Shown piece by piece: positions 12,240 to 26,037 of a DNA stretch of 64,000 nt (the stretch's first letter is position 1; each line of letters starts with the position of its first letter). Where the stretch lies: the NCBI GenBank assembly GCA_030704615.1, contig CM060732.1:61628001-61692000 (forward strand). Direction: 5' to 3'. A model generated the notes under the pieces. The model saw nothing but the letters and a program-made list of their open reading frames with translations, had not been told where the DNA came from and did not search any database. The position numbers and the translations under genes were made by a program. This DNA comes from Takakia lepidozioides. Taxonomy: Eukaryota > Plantae > Bryophyta.

Positions 12240-15200
12240 CACAATTAACTTGTTGAGATTGTGTGCATTTGCGATGCGTGTGCAAGCCTGGCAGCTCTGG
12301 AAAAGGGCGAAAGAGGTCCATGGCGACATTGTCAGAGCTGCAATTGTACCAATTGTCATTATGAACAATACTCTCGTGGACATGTATGAAGGGAGTGTTT
12401 GATAGTATGGCTGAATGAGATGTGGTGTCGTGGAGTGCGATGACAATGCGTGTGCAAGCCTGGCAGCCTTGGAAAGGTGCAAAGAGGTCCATGGTGACAT
12501 CGTCAAATCTGGAATTGTACCCGATGTCATTCTGAACACTGCCCTGCTGGACATATGTCAAATGTGAGTGCATCGAGGATGCAAAGGGAGTGTTCGACAG
12601 TATGGCTGAATGAGATGTGGTGTCGTGGAGTGCGATGATTGCAGGATATGCTTTGGAGACCTATAAGCAAATGTTGCGCGAAGGGGTGAAGCCCAACCGC
12701 ATCACATTTGTTTGTGTTTGCAATGCATATGAAAGCCTGCGAGCCCTGGAAAAGCAAGGACAATGTGGTGAGGGCACCTTCTTCGTCGACCTATTTCAGC
12801 CTGTTTTGCGCTCTCATCAAACTCAGCCTTGAGATGCATATTGAATTTTGTAAGTTAGCTCGTTGGGTGGATCTGTGGTGGTTTGGAATGACTTTGACAA
12901 GTAACTGCCGATGTGGCAGCAGGAAAGTATCCAAAAACAGATAACAGAGATGAGGATCTACCAAGCATGGGTGTGGTACGAATGCTTTGGAGACCTATGA
13001 GCAAATGATGCATGAAGGGGTGAAGCCCCACCACATCACGTTTATTTGTGTTTGCAATGCGTGTGCAAGCTTAGGAGCCCTGGAAAAGGGCAAAGAGATC
13101 CATGATGACATCGTCAAAGCTGGAACTGTACGAGATGTCATTCTGAACACTGCCGTGGTGGACATGTATGCCAAATGTGGGCGTATTAAAGATGCAAAGG
13201 GAGTTTTCATTTGGACATGAAATGATTGACACTGGCCTTTTTATGCAGTTGGCTGTTTCACTTGGTAACAATAATACTCTTCACTATCTCGAAGGAGAAG
13301 ACATCAACGTCCTACTGCGACAGGTCTGTGCTCCAGTTTTAATTCAGATCTAGGAGCAAATGTTGCGCGAAGGGGCGAAGTCCAACCACATCACATTTGT
13401 TTGTCTTTGCAATGCGTGTGCAAGCCTGGGAGCTCTGGAAAAGGGGAAAGAGGTCCGTGGTGACATTGTCCAAGCTGGAATTGTACCAGATGTCATTCTG
13501 AACACTACCCTGGTGGACAGGTATGCCAAATGTGGGTGCATTGTCAGACCTGCAATTGTACAAAATGTCATTCAGAACAATACCCTTGTGGACATGTATG
13601 AAGGGAGTTTTCGACAGTATGGTTGAACGAGATGTGGTGTCGTGGAGTGCGATGATTGTAGGATATGCACAACAAGGGTGCGGGATGGAGGCTTTGGAGA
13701 CCTAGGAGCAAATGTTGTGCGAAGTGGCGAAGCCCAACCACATCACATTTGTTTGTGTTTGCAATGTGTGTGCAAGCTTGGGAGCCCTGGAAAAGGGGAA
13801 AGAGGTCCGTGGTGACATCGTCAAAGCTGGAATTGTACCTGATGTCATCCTGAACACTGCCCTGGTGGACATGTATGCCAAAATATGGGTGCATTAAGGA
13901 TAAGAATGGAGTTAATTTCAACACCATGGTTGAACGAGATGTGGTGTCATGGAACGCGATGCTTGCAGGGGCGTGGGATGGAGGCTTTGGAGACCTAGAT
14001 GAAGCCACATCACGTTTGTGTGCATTTGCAGTTCGTGTGCAAGCCTGGCAGCCTTGGAAAAGGGCAAAGAGGTGCATTGTTGCATCGCCAAAGCTGGAAT
14101 TGTACCCGATGTGATTCTGAACAACACCCTCGTGGACATGTATGCCAAATGTGGGTGCATCAAAGATGCGGATGAAGTGTTCAACACTATGGCTGAACAA
14201 GATTTGGTGTCATGGAATGCCATGCTTGCAGGATATGCACAGCAGGGGCGCGGGATGGAGGCCTTGGAGACCTATGAGCAAATGATGGGTAAGGGGTGAA
14301 GTGTGACCACATCACGTTTGTGTGCGTTTGCAATGCTTGTGCAAGCTTGGCAGCCCTGGAAAAGGGCAAAGGGTGCATGATGACATCATCAAAGCTGGAA
14401 TTGTACCAAGGTTGCAATGCGTGTGCAAACCTGGGAGCCCTGGAAAATGGGAAAGAGGTCTATGGTGACATTGTCAAAGCTGGAATTGCACCAGATTCAT
14501 CCTAAACATTGCCCTGATGGACATATGCCAAATGTGGGTGGATCGAGGATGCAAAGGGAGTTTTCAACACTGTGGTTGAAAGAAATGTGGTGTCCTGGAA
14601 CGCTATGCTTGCAGGGTATGCACAGCAAGGGCACGGGATGGAGGCCTTGGTGACCTGTGAACAAATGATGGGGGAAGTGGTGATGCCCTCATGGAGTGCA
14701 ATGATTGCAGGATATTAAAGTGGAGAACAGCCTTCTTGACGCCAAATGTGGGAGTGGAAAAGATGCACGTCAGGTTTTTGACAAAATGCCTGAACGAGAT
14801 GTGGTCTCATGGAATGCCATGATTACAGGATATGTTGAGCATGGCTATGCTGAAGAGGCTTTCAAGATACAAGCAAATGGAACTGGACGCGATGACACCG
14901 TACAGGGTCACATTCGTTTCTGTTGTCAATGCATGTGCCAATCTAGGGGCCCTGGAAAAGGGCATGCGGGTCCATGTTGATATTAAGAAAGCTGGGGTTG
15001 TGTCATATATTAACTTGGACAATGCCCTTGTTAACATGTATGCCAAATGTGGGAGTGTTCACGACGCATGTCAAGTGTTTGAAAATATGGTTCAGCAAGC
15101 ATGGAATGCCATAATTGCAGGATATGCTCAGCATGGGTGTAGTACAGAGGCCTTCCAACTATTTGAATAGATGCAGCAGGAAGACTTGAAGCTAGATGGT

Positions 15201-16270
15201 ATCACGGCCTCACTCCTACAGTGGAGCATTTTTGCTGCATTGTGGACCTTCTTGGCCGTGTAGGCCGATGAGATGAGGCAGAGGACTTCATCAACAAAAT
15301 GCCAATTGAACCAGATGCTCTGGTTTGGGGGACCTTGCTTGCTGCTGCTTGAATTCATGGGGATGTGGAGGTAGCAGAACATGCAGCAAAATCTCTTCTC
15401 AAGTGCGATCCCAACCACCATGCAACTTATGTGCTGCTATCCAACATCTACGCCGCATCTGACAGGTGACAATATGACACAACATGATGTGGTTTCATGG
15501 AGGACCATGATTGCAGCATATGCTCCGCATGAGTATGGCAAGGAGGCTGTTGAGATGTATGAACAAATGCAAAATAAAGGGCTAACGCTCAACAACGTCA
15601 CATTCACTTGTGTTCTCAATGCATGTGCCAGCTTGGGAGCCTTGGAGAAGGGCAAAGAGGTCCATGCTAACATCATTAAATCTGGAATTGCATGCTACAT
15701 AAGAAGACTACGCTTGTGGACACGTATGCAAAATGTGGGAGCATAAAGGATGCGCGTCAAGCTTTTGACAATTGGCTAAACGAGAGATAGTATCATGGAA
15801 CACCATGATCGCAGGGTGTGCTCAACATGGATGTGGCAAAGAGGCTTTCGAGATATACAAGAGATTGCAGTAAGACAGGCTGGAGGCTTTGGAGACCTAT
15901 GAACAAATGATGGGGGAAGTGGTGAAGCCCGACCACATCACGTTTGCGTGCGTTTGCAGTGCGTATGCAAGCCTGGCAGCCCTGGAAAAGAGCATGGTTG
16001 CATCGCCAAGGCTGGAATTGTACCAGGTGTAGTTCTGAACAATCCCCTCGTGGACATGTATGCCAGATGTGGAATGCGATGATCGCAAGATATGCCCAGG
16101 GAGGTCCTGCAACTATTTGAAGGAATGCAAAAGAATGGCTTGAAGCTGGACAACCTTTATATGTGTTCTCTCTGCATATAGCCACACCGGCCTACTGAAT
16201 GAAGGAAGACGGTACTTTGATTCCCTGAGTCAAGATCATGGTATCACTCCAACAGTAAAGCACTTTGGCT
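12240..16270 (+). pseudogene. Mosaic of PLS-class PPR fragments (P-L-S triplets, partial E domain)
   Basis: Repeated [67 protein letters not shown] motifs with many stops and frameshifts. Confidence 0.92.
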
Positions 16271-17232
16271 GCAGACAAGGAGGCCTTACGCAACTTCATC
16301 AGCAGTGCAATGCTGTTTGGTGAGGACATTCTTAGACTGTCACTTCCTTCAATTGATTCCTTAAAATCAGGTGGCTGGAGGGGGTTTATGAGTTTGAATC
16401 AGGGGTTAAATGTATTGAAAGACAGTGTTGATATCAAGGACGAGAGCTTCATGGCAAATTGCAAGGCTATGGAGCAGCTCCTGGTTGACCTTAGTAGGCA
16501 ACAAGTTGAGAAGGTACCTCCTCTGTTGTGAGAGAGAGGACAGAGCACATGCCTCCATCTTTAAAGCCTTGCAAGTGGCTTTGGCTAATGTGATGCTCAT
16601 ATGCTCACAAATCTGGCGAGATGTGGCTGTTTGTTTTCGTGAAGAGGGCGTATCAACTAGAACAGAATGAGAAAGAGAAATGAACTTTATAACATCCACA
16701 GAGAGGTAAAATGTTTTTCGCATAGTATACATTTCCAATCAAAAGATACAAAGAGACAAGACAGTTTCAAGAGAAATGATCTTTTTTCATAAAAAAACAA
16801 TTGCTTAGTCATTGATAATTGTTTTCAATGTTTTACATAAGTTTTTTCAAAGATTTACCAAACTACAACTTTAATAAATTCCATATTTTCTACGTGTATA
16901 GGAGTTTTGGCCAAAAGTTTAACTGCTATTATCTGGAAAGAAATCCCATGTTTCTTCTTTCGGAGGTTTTGCCAATATCTTGAGTGGCACTTGATGGCCA
17001 CAAAGTCTCCCATATTCACAAACGATCCCGCAATTTTACCGGGCAGAAAAGGGGGTTCAACTCCCCCTCACTTCTTGGGCATATATAGGGGTATGCCTAT
17101 GACGATTATACTTTTGCATAGTTCCTCATGTTTTCTGCATAATATATATTTCCAATTATCAAAAGAATCACTGTATGCGTGGGGATGACCCACCCCTTTT
17201 TGTGCCAATTGAACAGTAGTTCTCATTATTCG

Positions 17233-17464
17233 CACATCAGCTGGCAGCTCAGCTGTTAAGTGCACAGTGTGTCGCCCTGGTGGTTGGGGGTTCAAACCCG
17301 CTGCCCTGCCTGGTGTGTGGATTGTTCATGACCGGTTGGTCTGGTGGTGACGTTTCCCACCTGTGTGCCTAATGGCTTATCTGAGTTAATTTTTCCCCCT
17401 CCTCAAGGGCCTGAATTGTGAGCAGTCGTTCCCAGGTTTTCTTTAAATAAATAAATAAATAAAT
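17233..17464 (+). mobile_element. tRNA-derived SINE with (AAAT)n tail
   Basis: A-box-like GGCAGCTCAGCTG (about 17243), B-box GGTTCAAACCC (about 17289), (AAAT)n tail at about 17445-17464; no clear TSD. Confidence 0.6.
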
Positions 17465-17679
17465 TCTCAACGACTTCCGCTCTACACAAAACAAATGCTA
17501 AATCCCTCCCCCTCACTTCTTGGGCGTAGATAGAATTAGCTGCATCAAACAAGAGACGTGACATGATAGCTTGGGCAACACTTTGCTTCTGAAAAACAAT
17601 GAAATACGGGATGTTTGTATATAACACCACGGGGATAACCCACCCCTTTTTGTGAAAATTGAACATAGTTATCAGAATT

Positions 17680-17744
17680 CGTCGCTAGTAACGCGGAGCA
17701 ACGCGAAGCCCTAGTTCTAGCGACGACCGAAGGTCGAGAGCTAG
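17680..17744 (+). repeat. Head-to-tail junction 2
   Basis: cgtcgctagtaacgcggagcaacgcgaagccctag tt ctagcgacgaccgaaggtcgagagctag. Confidence 0.85.
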
Positions 17745-18059
17745 TTTAGCGTAGAGCAGGAATAGGGTGCCATAGTGCCACATCATCGTAGCCACGTGTC
17801 GTAGCCACCTGTCGTCGCCACGTTTCGTACGTCGTCAATTTCTTTGGGCCCTGCCCAATCTGCCCGAAAATAACTGGGAAAAAAACCCGGATAGATGATG
17901 CCCCCGCGTTCTTGATCGCGTTTACAAGGTTCTTGGAAGAGTCAGCTTGGTCTTACGCCGTGTTTCAATCTCTTTCTGCACCGTGGTGGTTCTCACAGAC
18001 CAATCTGGCATTACCTGACTACAGACACAAGCAGCACACAGAATGTGGAACCTTTGACC

Positions 18060-21000
18060 AATGGTACGTGAAGGGGTGACGCCCACCAAGGTCACGTTCG
18101 TTTCTGCTCTCAGCAGCGTGTGCCAGCATAGGTGCCCTGGAAAAGGGAAAACAGGTCCAAACTGACATTTTGAAAGCTGGAATTGCACCAGATATCATTC
18201 TAGAGGCTGCCCTTGCTGCCATCTATGCCAAGTGCGGGAGCATGAAGGAGGCCCGTTGAGTTTTCGTCAATATGGCTGGGCGAGATGTGGTTTCATGGAG
18301 TGCGATGATTGCAGGATATGCTCAGCAAGGGTGTGGTCAGGAGGCCTTGGAGACCTATGAGCAAATGATATGGGAAGGGTGGGTACCGGACAAAGTCACA
18401 TTCACTTCCGTTCTCGATGCATGTGCCAGCCTAGCAGACGTGGAAAAGGCCAAAAAGATCCATGCTGATATTATCAAAGCCAGAATTGAGCCACCCGACA
18501 TCCTTGAGCGCGGATGGGTTTCACGCAATATGGTGACGGTACCCTCTTCTTCGACCTATTTCAGCCTGTTTTTGCCTCTCATCAGACTAGGCCCTGAGAT
18601 GCCTGTTATCAGAATCAGCCCTAAATTTTCATGTTGAATTCTGCAAGTTAGCTGGTTGACTAAACCTTTGATAATTTGGAATGACTGACATGAATACTGC
18701 CAATGTGACAATAGGAAAGTATCCAGAAACAGGTAACAAAGACGAGAGCTGTGGAATGAATACTTTTCTGACCCCTGTTAATGGTGGGACAATCGAGGCA
18801 AAAAAGGTAAATGCCTGTTGGATTACAGAGAGTAGCAGATGCAATTGAGCATAGGAACTAGTGTGATAAGTTGAGTTGGGTGTTTCCTAGAACAAATCTA
18901 GGCTGTCATTGTCAGCTGCTAGCAGCAAAGCAAGGATGTATGCATGATTTGTACATAGGCATGGATAGCTGAAGGAGCAGGGATAGAGTGTGGGTCCAGA
19001 CTCATCCAACAGGGCCGGACTTCAAGCTCTAGATGACCTATGATTCCCTGTGGATCAACAGCTACAAGAAACCTGCATGGGGAAATGGTCAACTAACTAG
19101 CGCAACATAAAGAGTGCAGTCTTAATATTCAGTGACAAGCTGCCATCACACCCCATCGATTCATCAGCTCCTGACAACGGGTGTTGCACATATATTACTA
19201 TGCTCAAATTTATGGGCATATACCGTTACCACAACTTCTGAAAGAGGATCAAGAGAGGGAGTCCACAATGCCTCTTCTGGCACTTCTGGGCATGTGAAGA
19301 TGCTTTGTGAGGCAAGCAGACTGAAAGAGGCTCTACAAACTTTAAACCAAGGAGGAATTTCAGCAGATTCAGATACGTATGTTTGTCTCTTGCATAAGTG
19401 CATCAAGATGAAAGGCCTTGAAGCTGGAAAGCAGGTGCACACGAGGGGTGAAGCCCATCCACATCACGTTCGTTTGTGTTTGCGGACTCAGAATCAGATC
19501 CTTGAAAACCGCTTCTTCCGCCAGGACTTAACCTGTTTGACAGGGCAATCCTGCTTCCAAGATAGAGTCGATTAACTTAGGGTATGTGTTTTTAGTCCTA
19601 CATTGCAGCTGACCCAACCATCTGACCTTGAATTCCTCTCGTCTGGAGGGAGAGATAGAGAGAGTATTCCTAAGACGTTGTTTGCCGTAGCCTTGTGGCC
19701 ATTGACTCCGCGCCCAGTTTAAACAATTGATCCGGGTTTTCCAGATATCCTCTAGAAATCCCTTTACACAAGCATCAACCTGCTGTGTGTGGTTTGCCCA
19801 ATAACTAGGCCCCAAAAGGGCCTGGGCGTTTGGCTCAGCCTCGAGACTTTCAAAGTTGGTAAACAGAGGTACAGGCGTATGAGCAAATGATGCGCGAAGG
19901 GGTGAAGCCCAACCACATCACGCTGAACAGGATGTGGTGTCCTGGAATGCGATGATTGCAGGATATGCCCAGCATGGATATGAGCTGGAGGCTTTGGAGA
20001 CCTATGAACAAATGATGGGGGAAGGGGTGAAGCCCAACCACATCACGTTTGTGTGCGTTTGCAATGCGTGTGCAAAGCCTGGCAGCCCTGGAAAAGGGCA
20101 AAGAGGTCCATGGTGACATTATCAAAGCTGGAATTGTATCAGATGTCATTCTGAACACTGCCCTCGTGGACATGTATGCCAAATGTGGCAGCATCGAGGA
20201 TGCGAAGGCAGTGTTCAACAATATGGCTGAATGAAATGTGGTGTCATGGAACGCGATGCTTGCAGGGCATACACAACAGGGGCGCGGGATGGAGGCTTTG
20301 GAGACGTGTGAGCAGATGATGGTGGAAGGGGTGAAGCCCGACCACATCACATCTATGCGTTTGCAAGCCTGGCAGCCCTGGAAAAGGGCAAAGAGTGCAT
20401 GGTTGTATCGCAAAAGCTGGAATTGTACCAGATGTGATTCTGAACGATATCCTCGTGGGCATGTATGCAAAATGTGGGTGCATCGAGGATGCGGAGGGAG
20501 TGTTTGACAGTATGGCTGAACGAGATTTGGTGTCGTGGAGTGCGATGATTGCAGGGTATGCACAGCAAGGGCGCGGGATGGAGGCTTTGGAGACCTATGA
20601 GCAAATGATGGGGGAAGGGGTGAAGCCCGACCGCATCACGTTTGTTTCCGTTTGTAATGCCTGTGCAAGCCTGGCAGCCCTGGAAAAGGGAAAAGAGGTC
20701 CATGGTGACATCGTCAAAGCTGGAATTGTACACTGCCCTAGTGGACATGTATGCCAAATGTGGGTGCATTGAGGATGCGAAGGGAGTGTTTGACAATATG
20801 GCTGAACGAAATGTGGTGTCATGGAACGCGATGTTCGCAGGATATGCCCAGCATGGTGTCATAGGGAGGTCCTGCAACTATTTGAGGGAATGTAAAAGAA
20901 TGGCTTGAAGCCGGACAGTATCACCTTTATATGTGTTCTCTCTGCATGCAGCCACTCTGGCCTACTGAATGAAGGAAATCAAGATCATGGTGTCACTCCG

Positions 21001-24000
21001 ACAGTAAAGCACTTTGGCTGTATGGTGGACCTTCTTGGACGTGCGGGACAACTGGATGAGGTAGTGGATCTGATTAATAAGATGCCAATCAATCCAGACG
21101 TTGTGGTGTGGAAGGCCTTGCTTCGTGCCTGCAGAATCCATGGCAATGTGGAGATGGCTGAACGTGCGGCAACATCTATCCTCAAATGGGATGAACACTA
21201 GGATGCCGCGACTTATGTGTTGCTATCAAACATCTATGCTGCAGCTGGTAGGTGGGATAATACTGCAAAGGTGAGAAGAATGATGAAGGTTAGAGGGGTT
21301 AGAAAGGAGCCAGGTCGCTGCTACATTGAGGTTGGCAATAGGGTGCACACCTTCGTTGTAGATGACATCCCAGAATTAAGGAAATCCATGCTGAGCTGAG
21401 TCTGGGCAGATGAAAGGAGGCGGGGTATGTGCCTGACACGTGTTTGTATTGCATGATGTGGGGGAGGAGGAAAAGGAATTTTTTGTTTGCCACCACAGTG
21501 AGAAGCTGGCCATTGGTTTTCTGTCTGGAGACGAAGGTAGTGGATCTGCCAACATCCAGTCCAACAAGTGAAGTCCTGGCAGAACGGGAAGAGGAGATTT
21601 CAAGTACCTGGATATTAGGCAAGAGGAACTGACCCTGCTAAGATGAAGTTGACTTGGAAGTTGACTTGGAAGCTGACGTGTCCAAGGCCATGTTGGAAGA
21701 GTGCAGAATGTCCGAACAACAGTTAGGCATAAAACCCTGAACTCATTTCCGGTTTGTGACATGGATGAGTGAAGGGCAGCCTTGCGTGTGCAAACCTGGG
21801 AGCCCTGGAAAAGGGGAAAGAGGTCCATGATGAGATCGTCAAAGCTGGAATTGTACTAGATGTCATTCTGAACACTGCCCTGGTGGACATGTATGCCAAA
21901 TGTGGGTGCATTAAGGATGCAAAGGCAGTTTTCAACAATATGCAGGCTGAACAAGATGTGGTGTCGTGGAGCGCGATGCTTGCAGGGTATGCACAACAGG
22001 GAGGCTTTGGAGACCTATGAGCAAATGATGGGGGAAGGGGTGAAGCCCAACCATATCACGTTCCTTTGCGTTTGCAATGCGTGTGCAAGCCTGGGAGCCC
22101 TGGAAAAGGGCAAAGAGGTCCATGATGACATCGTCAAAGCTGGAATTCTACCAGATGTCATTCTGAACACTGCCCTGGTGGACATGTATGCCAAATGTGG
22201 GTGCATTAAGGATGCAAAGGCAGTTTTGAAAGTTCAACAATATGCAGGCTGAACGAGATGTGGTGTCATGGAGCGTGATGCTTGCAGGGTATGCACAGCA
22301 GGGACGTGGGGTGGAGGCTTTGGAGACCTATGAACAAATGATGGGGGAAGGGGTGAAGCCCAACCACATCACGTTTGTGTGTGTTTGCAATGCATGCGCA
22401 AGCCTGGCAGCTCTGGAAAATGGCAAAGAGGCCCATGGCGACATTGTCAGGGCTGGAATTGTACCCGATGTCATTCTGAACAATGCCCTCATGGACATGT
22501 ATGCCAAATGTGGGAGCATTGAGGATGCGAAGGCAGTGTTCAACAATATGGCTGAATGAAATGTGGTGTCGTGGACCGCGATGCTTGCAGGGTATGCACA
22601 GCAGGAGCGCGGGACGGAGGCTTTGGAGACCTATGAGCAATGATGGTGGAAGGGGTGAAGCCCGACCACATCACATCTGTGCGTTTGCAAGCCTGGCAGC
22701 CCTGGAAAAGGGCAAAGAGGTGCAAGGTGACATCGTCAAAGCTGGAATTGTACCAGATGTCATTGTGAACACTACCATAGTGGACATGTATGCCAAATGT
22801 GGGTGCATTAAGGATGCAAAGGGAGTTTTCAACACTATGGCTGAACGAGATGTGGTGTCATTGAAGACGATGCTTGCAGGGTATCCACAGCAGGGACGTG
22901 GTATGGGGGCTTTGGAGACCTTGATCAGATGATGGGGCAAGGGGTGAAGCCCAACCACATCACGTTTCTATGCATTAGCAATGCGTGTGCAAGCCTGGCA
23001 GCTCTGGAAAAGGGCAAAGAGGTCCATGGCGACATGGTCAAGCTGCAGTTGTACCAAATGTCATTATGAACAATACCCTCGTGGACATGTATGAAGGGAG
23101 TGTTTGACAATATGGCTGAATGAGATGTGGTGTCGTGGAGTGCGATGATTGCAGGATATGCACAGCAAGGGCACGGGATGGAGGCTTTGGAGACCTATGA
23201 GCAAATGATGTGCGAAGGGGGTGAAGCCCAACTACATGACGTTTGTTTGCATTTGCAATGCGTGTGCAAGCCTGGCAGCCCTGGAAAAGTGCAAAGAGGT
23301 CCATGGTGACATTATCAAATCTGGAATTGTACCCGATGTCATTGTGAACACTGCCCTGGTGGACATGTATGTCAAATGTGGGTGCATCGAGGATGCAAAT
23401 GGAGTGTTTGACAATATTGCTGAACGTGATGTGGTGCGTGCATTGAGGCTGGACTTGAGGGGGATGTCCCTGTGGGGACTGCCCTTGTCAGCATGTATTG
23501 CAGGTGTGAGAGTTTGATGGATGCCACCCGAGTATTTGACGTGCAATGCCCAAGCGAGATGGGCTCTCGTGGACTGCTATGATTGCAGGATCTGCTCAAC
23601 ATGGTCATGGTCTTTTTAACTCTTTCAGCGCATGCAAAGAGAAGGCATGAAGGCAGATATTGTCTCTTTTATTATTGTCCTCAACACTTGTGCTGGCCCG
23701 GAGGCTTTAGAACGGGGCAAGCAGCTCCTTGCCAGCATCATCAAAGCTGAATTTGAGTCAGATGTTGGACTCGGGAATGCCCTTGTCAGTATGTATTGCA
23801 AGTGCGGGAGTGTGATGGATGCACTCAATGTGTTTGTCAGAATGCCTAAGCGAGATGTGGTCTCATGGACTGCGATGATTGGAGGATGTGCACATAGTGG
23901 TCATGGTGAGGAGGCTTTCAAACTCTTTCGACAAATGCAAAGAGAGGGTGTGAAGCATCCCTGGAACAGGGCAAGTGGGTCCATGCCTACATTATCAAAT

Positions 24001-25545
24001 CTGTGTGTGAGTCAGATGCTACGTCAGGAATGCCCTCATTGATTTGTACTAGTGTGAAGCCAAATGAGGTCACATTTATTGGTGTTCTCTCTGCATGCAG
24101 CCATTTGGGCCTTGTAGATGAAGGTGGTCATTATTTTCAATCCATGTGTCAAGAGCATGGCATTACACCAACAGAAAAGCACTGCACCTGCATGGTTAAC
24201 CTCCTTGGCCATGCAGGGCGCTTGGATGAAGAAGATTTTATTGCCAACATGGCACTCAAACCAGGTGCTTCAGTGTGAGGGGCCTTGCCCGCAGAATCTA
24301 TGGAAATGTGGAGTTAGCAGAGTGTGTTGCAGAATGTATTTTCAAGGTGGAATCACAAGATGGATACATTTGCCATTGGAGATAGATCTCACCCACAAGC
24401 AGAGGAGATCTATGATGCGTTAGAGAGATTGACTTGGCAGATTAAGGAGGTGGGATATGTGCCTGAGACACGCTTTGTGTTGCGTGATGTGGATCAGCAG
24501 ATGAAGGAACAGGCTCTTTACCACCACAGCGAAAAGCTGGCCATAGCTTTTGGGCTCATTAGCACACCCCCTCAAATACCAAATGTCATTCTGAACATTG
24601 CCCAACGCGATGCTTGCAGGGTATGCACAACAGGGGCGCGGGATGGAGGCTTTGGAGACCTATGAACAAATGATGGGGGAAAAGGTGAAGTGCAACCACA
24701 TCACGTTTGTGTGCATTGGAAATGCTTGTGCAAGCCTAGCAGCCATGGAAAAGGGAAAAGTGTGGGTCTAGATTCAGCATCTGCGGCACAATTCATAAAA
24801 TCAGGCACTGCTAATGAAGGCATCTTCTTCAAAACATTTCACCCTGTTTTCCCCCCTTATCGAAATCGTCCTTAAATTTTCATGTTGATTTCTGCAAGTT
24901 ACTGGTTGAGTGAACCTTTGATAGTTGGCAATGCGTGTGCAAGCCTGGCAGCTCTGGAGAAGGGCAAAGAGGTCCATGGCGACATTGTCAGAGCTGCAAT
25001 TGTACCACATGTCATTCTGAACAATACCCTCGTGGACATGTATGAAGGGAACAATATGGCTGAATGAGATGTGGTGTCGTGGAACTTGATGTTTGTAGGG
25101 TCTGCACAGCAGGGGCACTGGATGGAGGTTTTGGCACCAGATGTTGTGCTTGGCACACTATGTAAACCAAGTAAGACCAGGGAGTAGTTGAGCAGCTCAG
25201 TCTCAACCCTTTCCTAGTGCCAACAAACTCTGATGTGGATTCACGCCAACAAAGGTCTGGAAGCTGGAAAGCAGGTGCACACTCACAAGCATCGCAGGGT
25301 ATGCACAGCAGGGACGTGTGATGGTGGATTTGGAGACCTATGATCAAATTATGGGGGAAGGGGTGAAGCCCAACCACATCATGTTTTTGTGCGATTGCAA
25401 TGCTTGTGCAAGCCTGGCAGCCCTGGAAAAGGTCAAAAGAGGTCTATGGTGACATTGTCAAAGCTGGAATTGTACCAGATGTCATTCTGAACTCTGCCCT
25501 GGTGGACATGTATGCCCAATGTGGGTGCATTGAGGATGCAAAGCA
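18060..25545 (+). pseudogene. PLS PPR array pieces including an N-terminus (about 19260-19440) and two partial E-DYW segments (about 20860-21520 and 24050-24580)
   Basis: PLS triplets; E domain (CMVDLLGRAGQL..WKALL.ACRIHG); PG box VRKEPGRCYIEV; GYVPETRFVLRDV..HHSEKLAIAFGLISTPP; all disrupted. Confidence 0.92.
19485..19868 (+). mobile_element. Probable LTR fragment with degenerate tRNA-iMet PBS embedded in the PPR array
   Basis: Non-PPR insert ending ...gagactttCA aagt TGGTAAACAGAG, resembling LTR-CA followed by TGGTATCAGAG. Confidence 0.45.
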
Positions 25546-26037
25546 AGGAACTTATGTGTACTCTGTTTATGTACTGAGTGGCAAGGAGGCTTTGGAGATT
25601 GTGAATGGGTGATGCCTGGTAGGTGAACCTCATGTGTATTCTGATGCCTGTGCCAGTCTTTGAGCACTGAAAAAGTGCAGATGGATCTGTATGTATTTGT
25701 AAGCCTTTACGTTCTGATGTGAGGTTCTCTGGTTTTATGACAGGAACAAAACAATTGTGAGCAGGAAGTGTAGGGCCAGCTCCTATTGGAATTCCTCAAT
25801 CAGCATAGCTGGGCCTGAATCAAACATCAATGGACTAGGCCTTTCGTCTTCACTAGGTGTTGTTGCTAAAAAAATAACCGATTGTGAGAGGGTCCCTAAT
25901 CGAATGATGCTTCCAAGTACAGGTGAAGCAGAGGAATATAACATACTATTACATCGCACTTTGCACCTAACTTCCCAACAAAGCGGTGTAGCATCAACCT
26001 CGGTCTGAGAGAGAAAGCCACAGTTCTATAGATTAGC

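Larger units (their letters stand above)
11025..17715 (+). mobile_element. Non-autonomous Helentron-like unit 2 carrying PPR and other gene fragments
   Basis: Bounded by a 5' end at 11026 and a 3' end at 17680-17714; subterminal block 17038-17232 is shared with 10813-10990. Confidence 0.75.

Noticed and set aside
21240-24580. U-to-C editing DYW:KP-type domains
   Set aside because: Motifs seen are KEPG, HSEKLA and terminal DYW, the canonical C-to-U type.
12190-25667. Numerous minus-strand ORFs (MHPHLAYMSTRAVFRMTSG..) as a novel repeat protein family
   Set aside because: They are the antisense reading of the PPR repeats.
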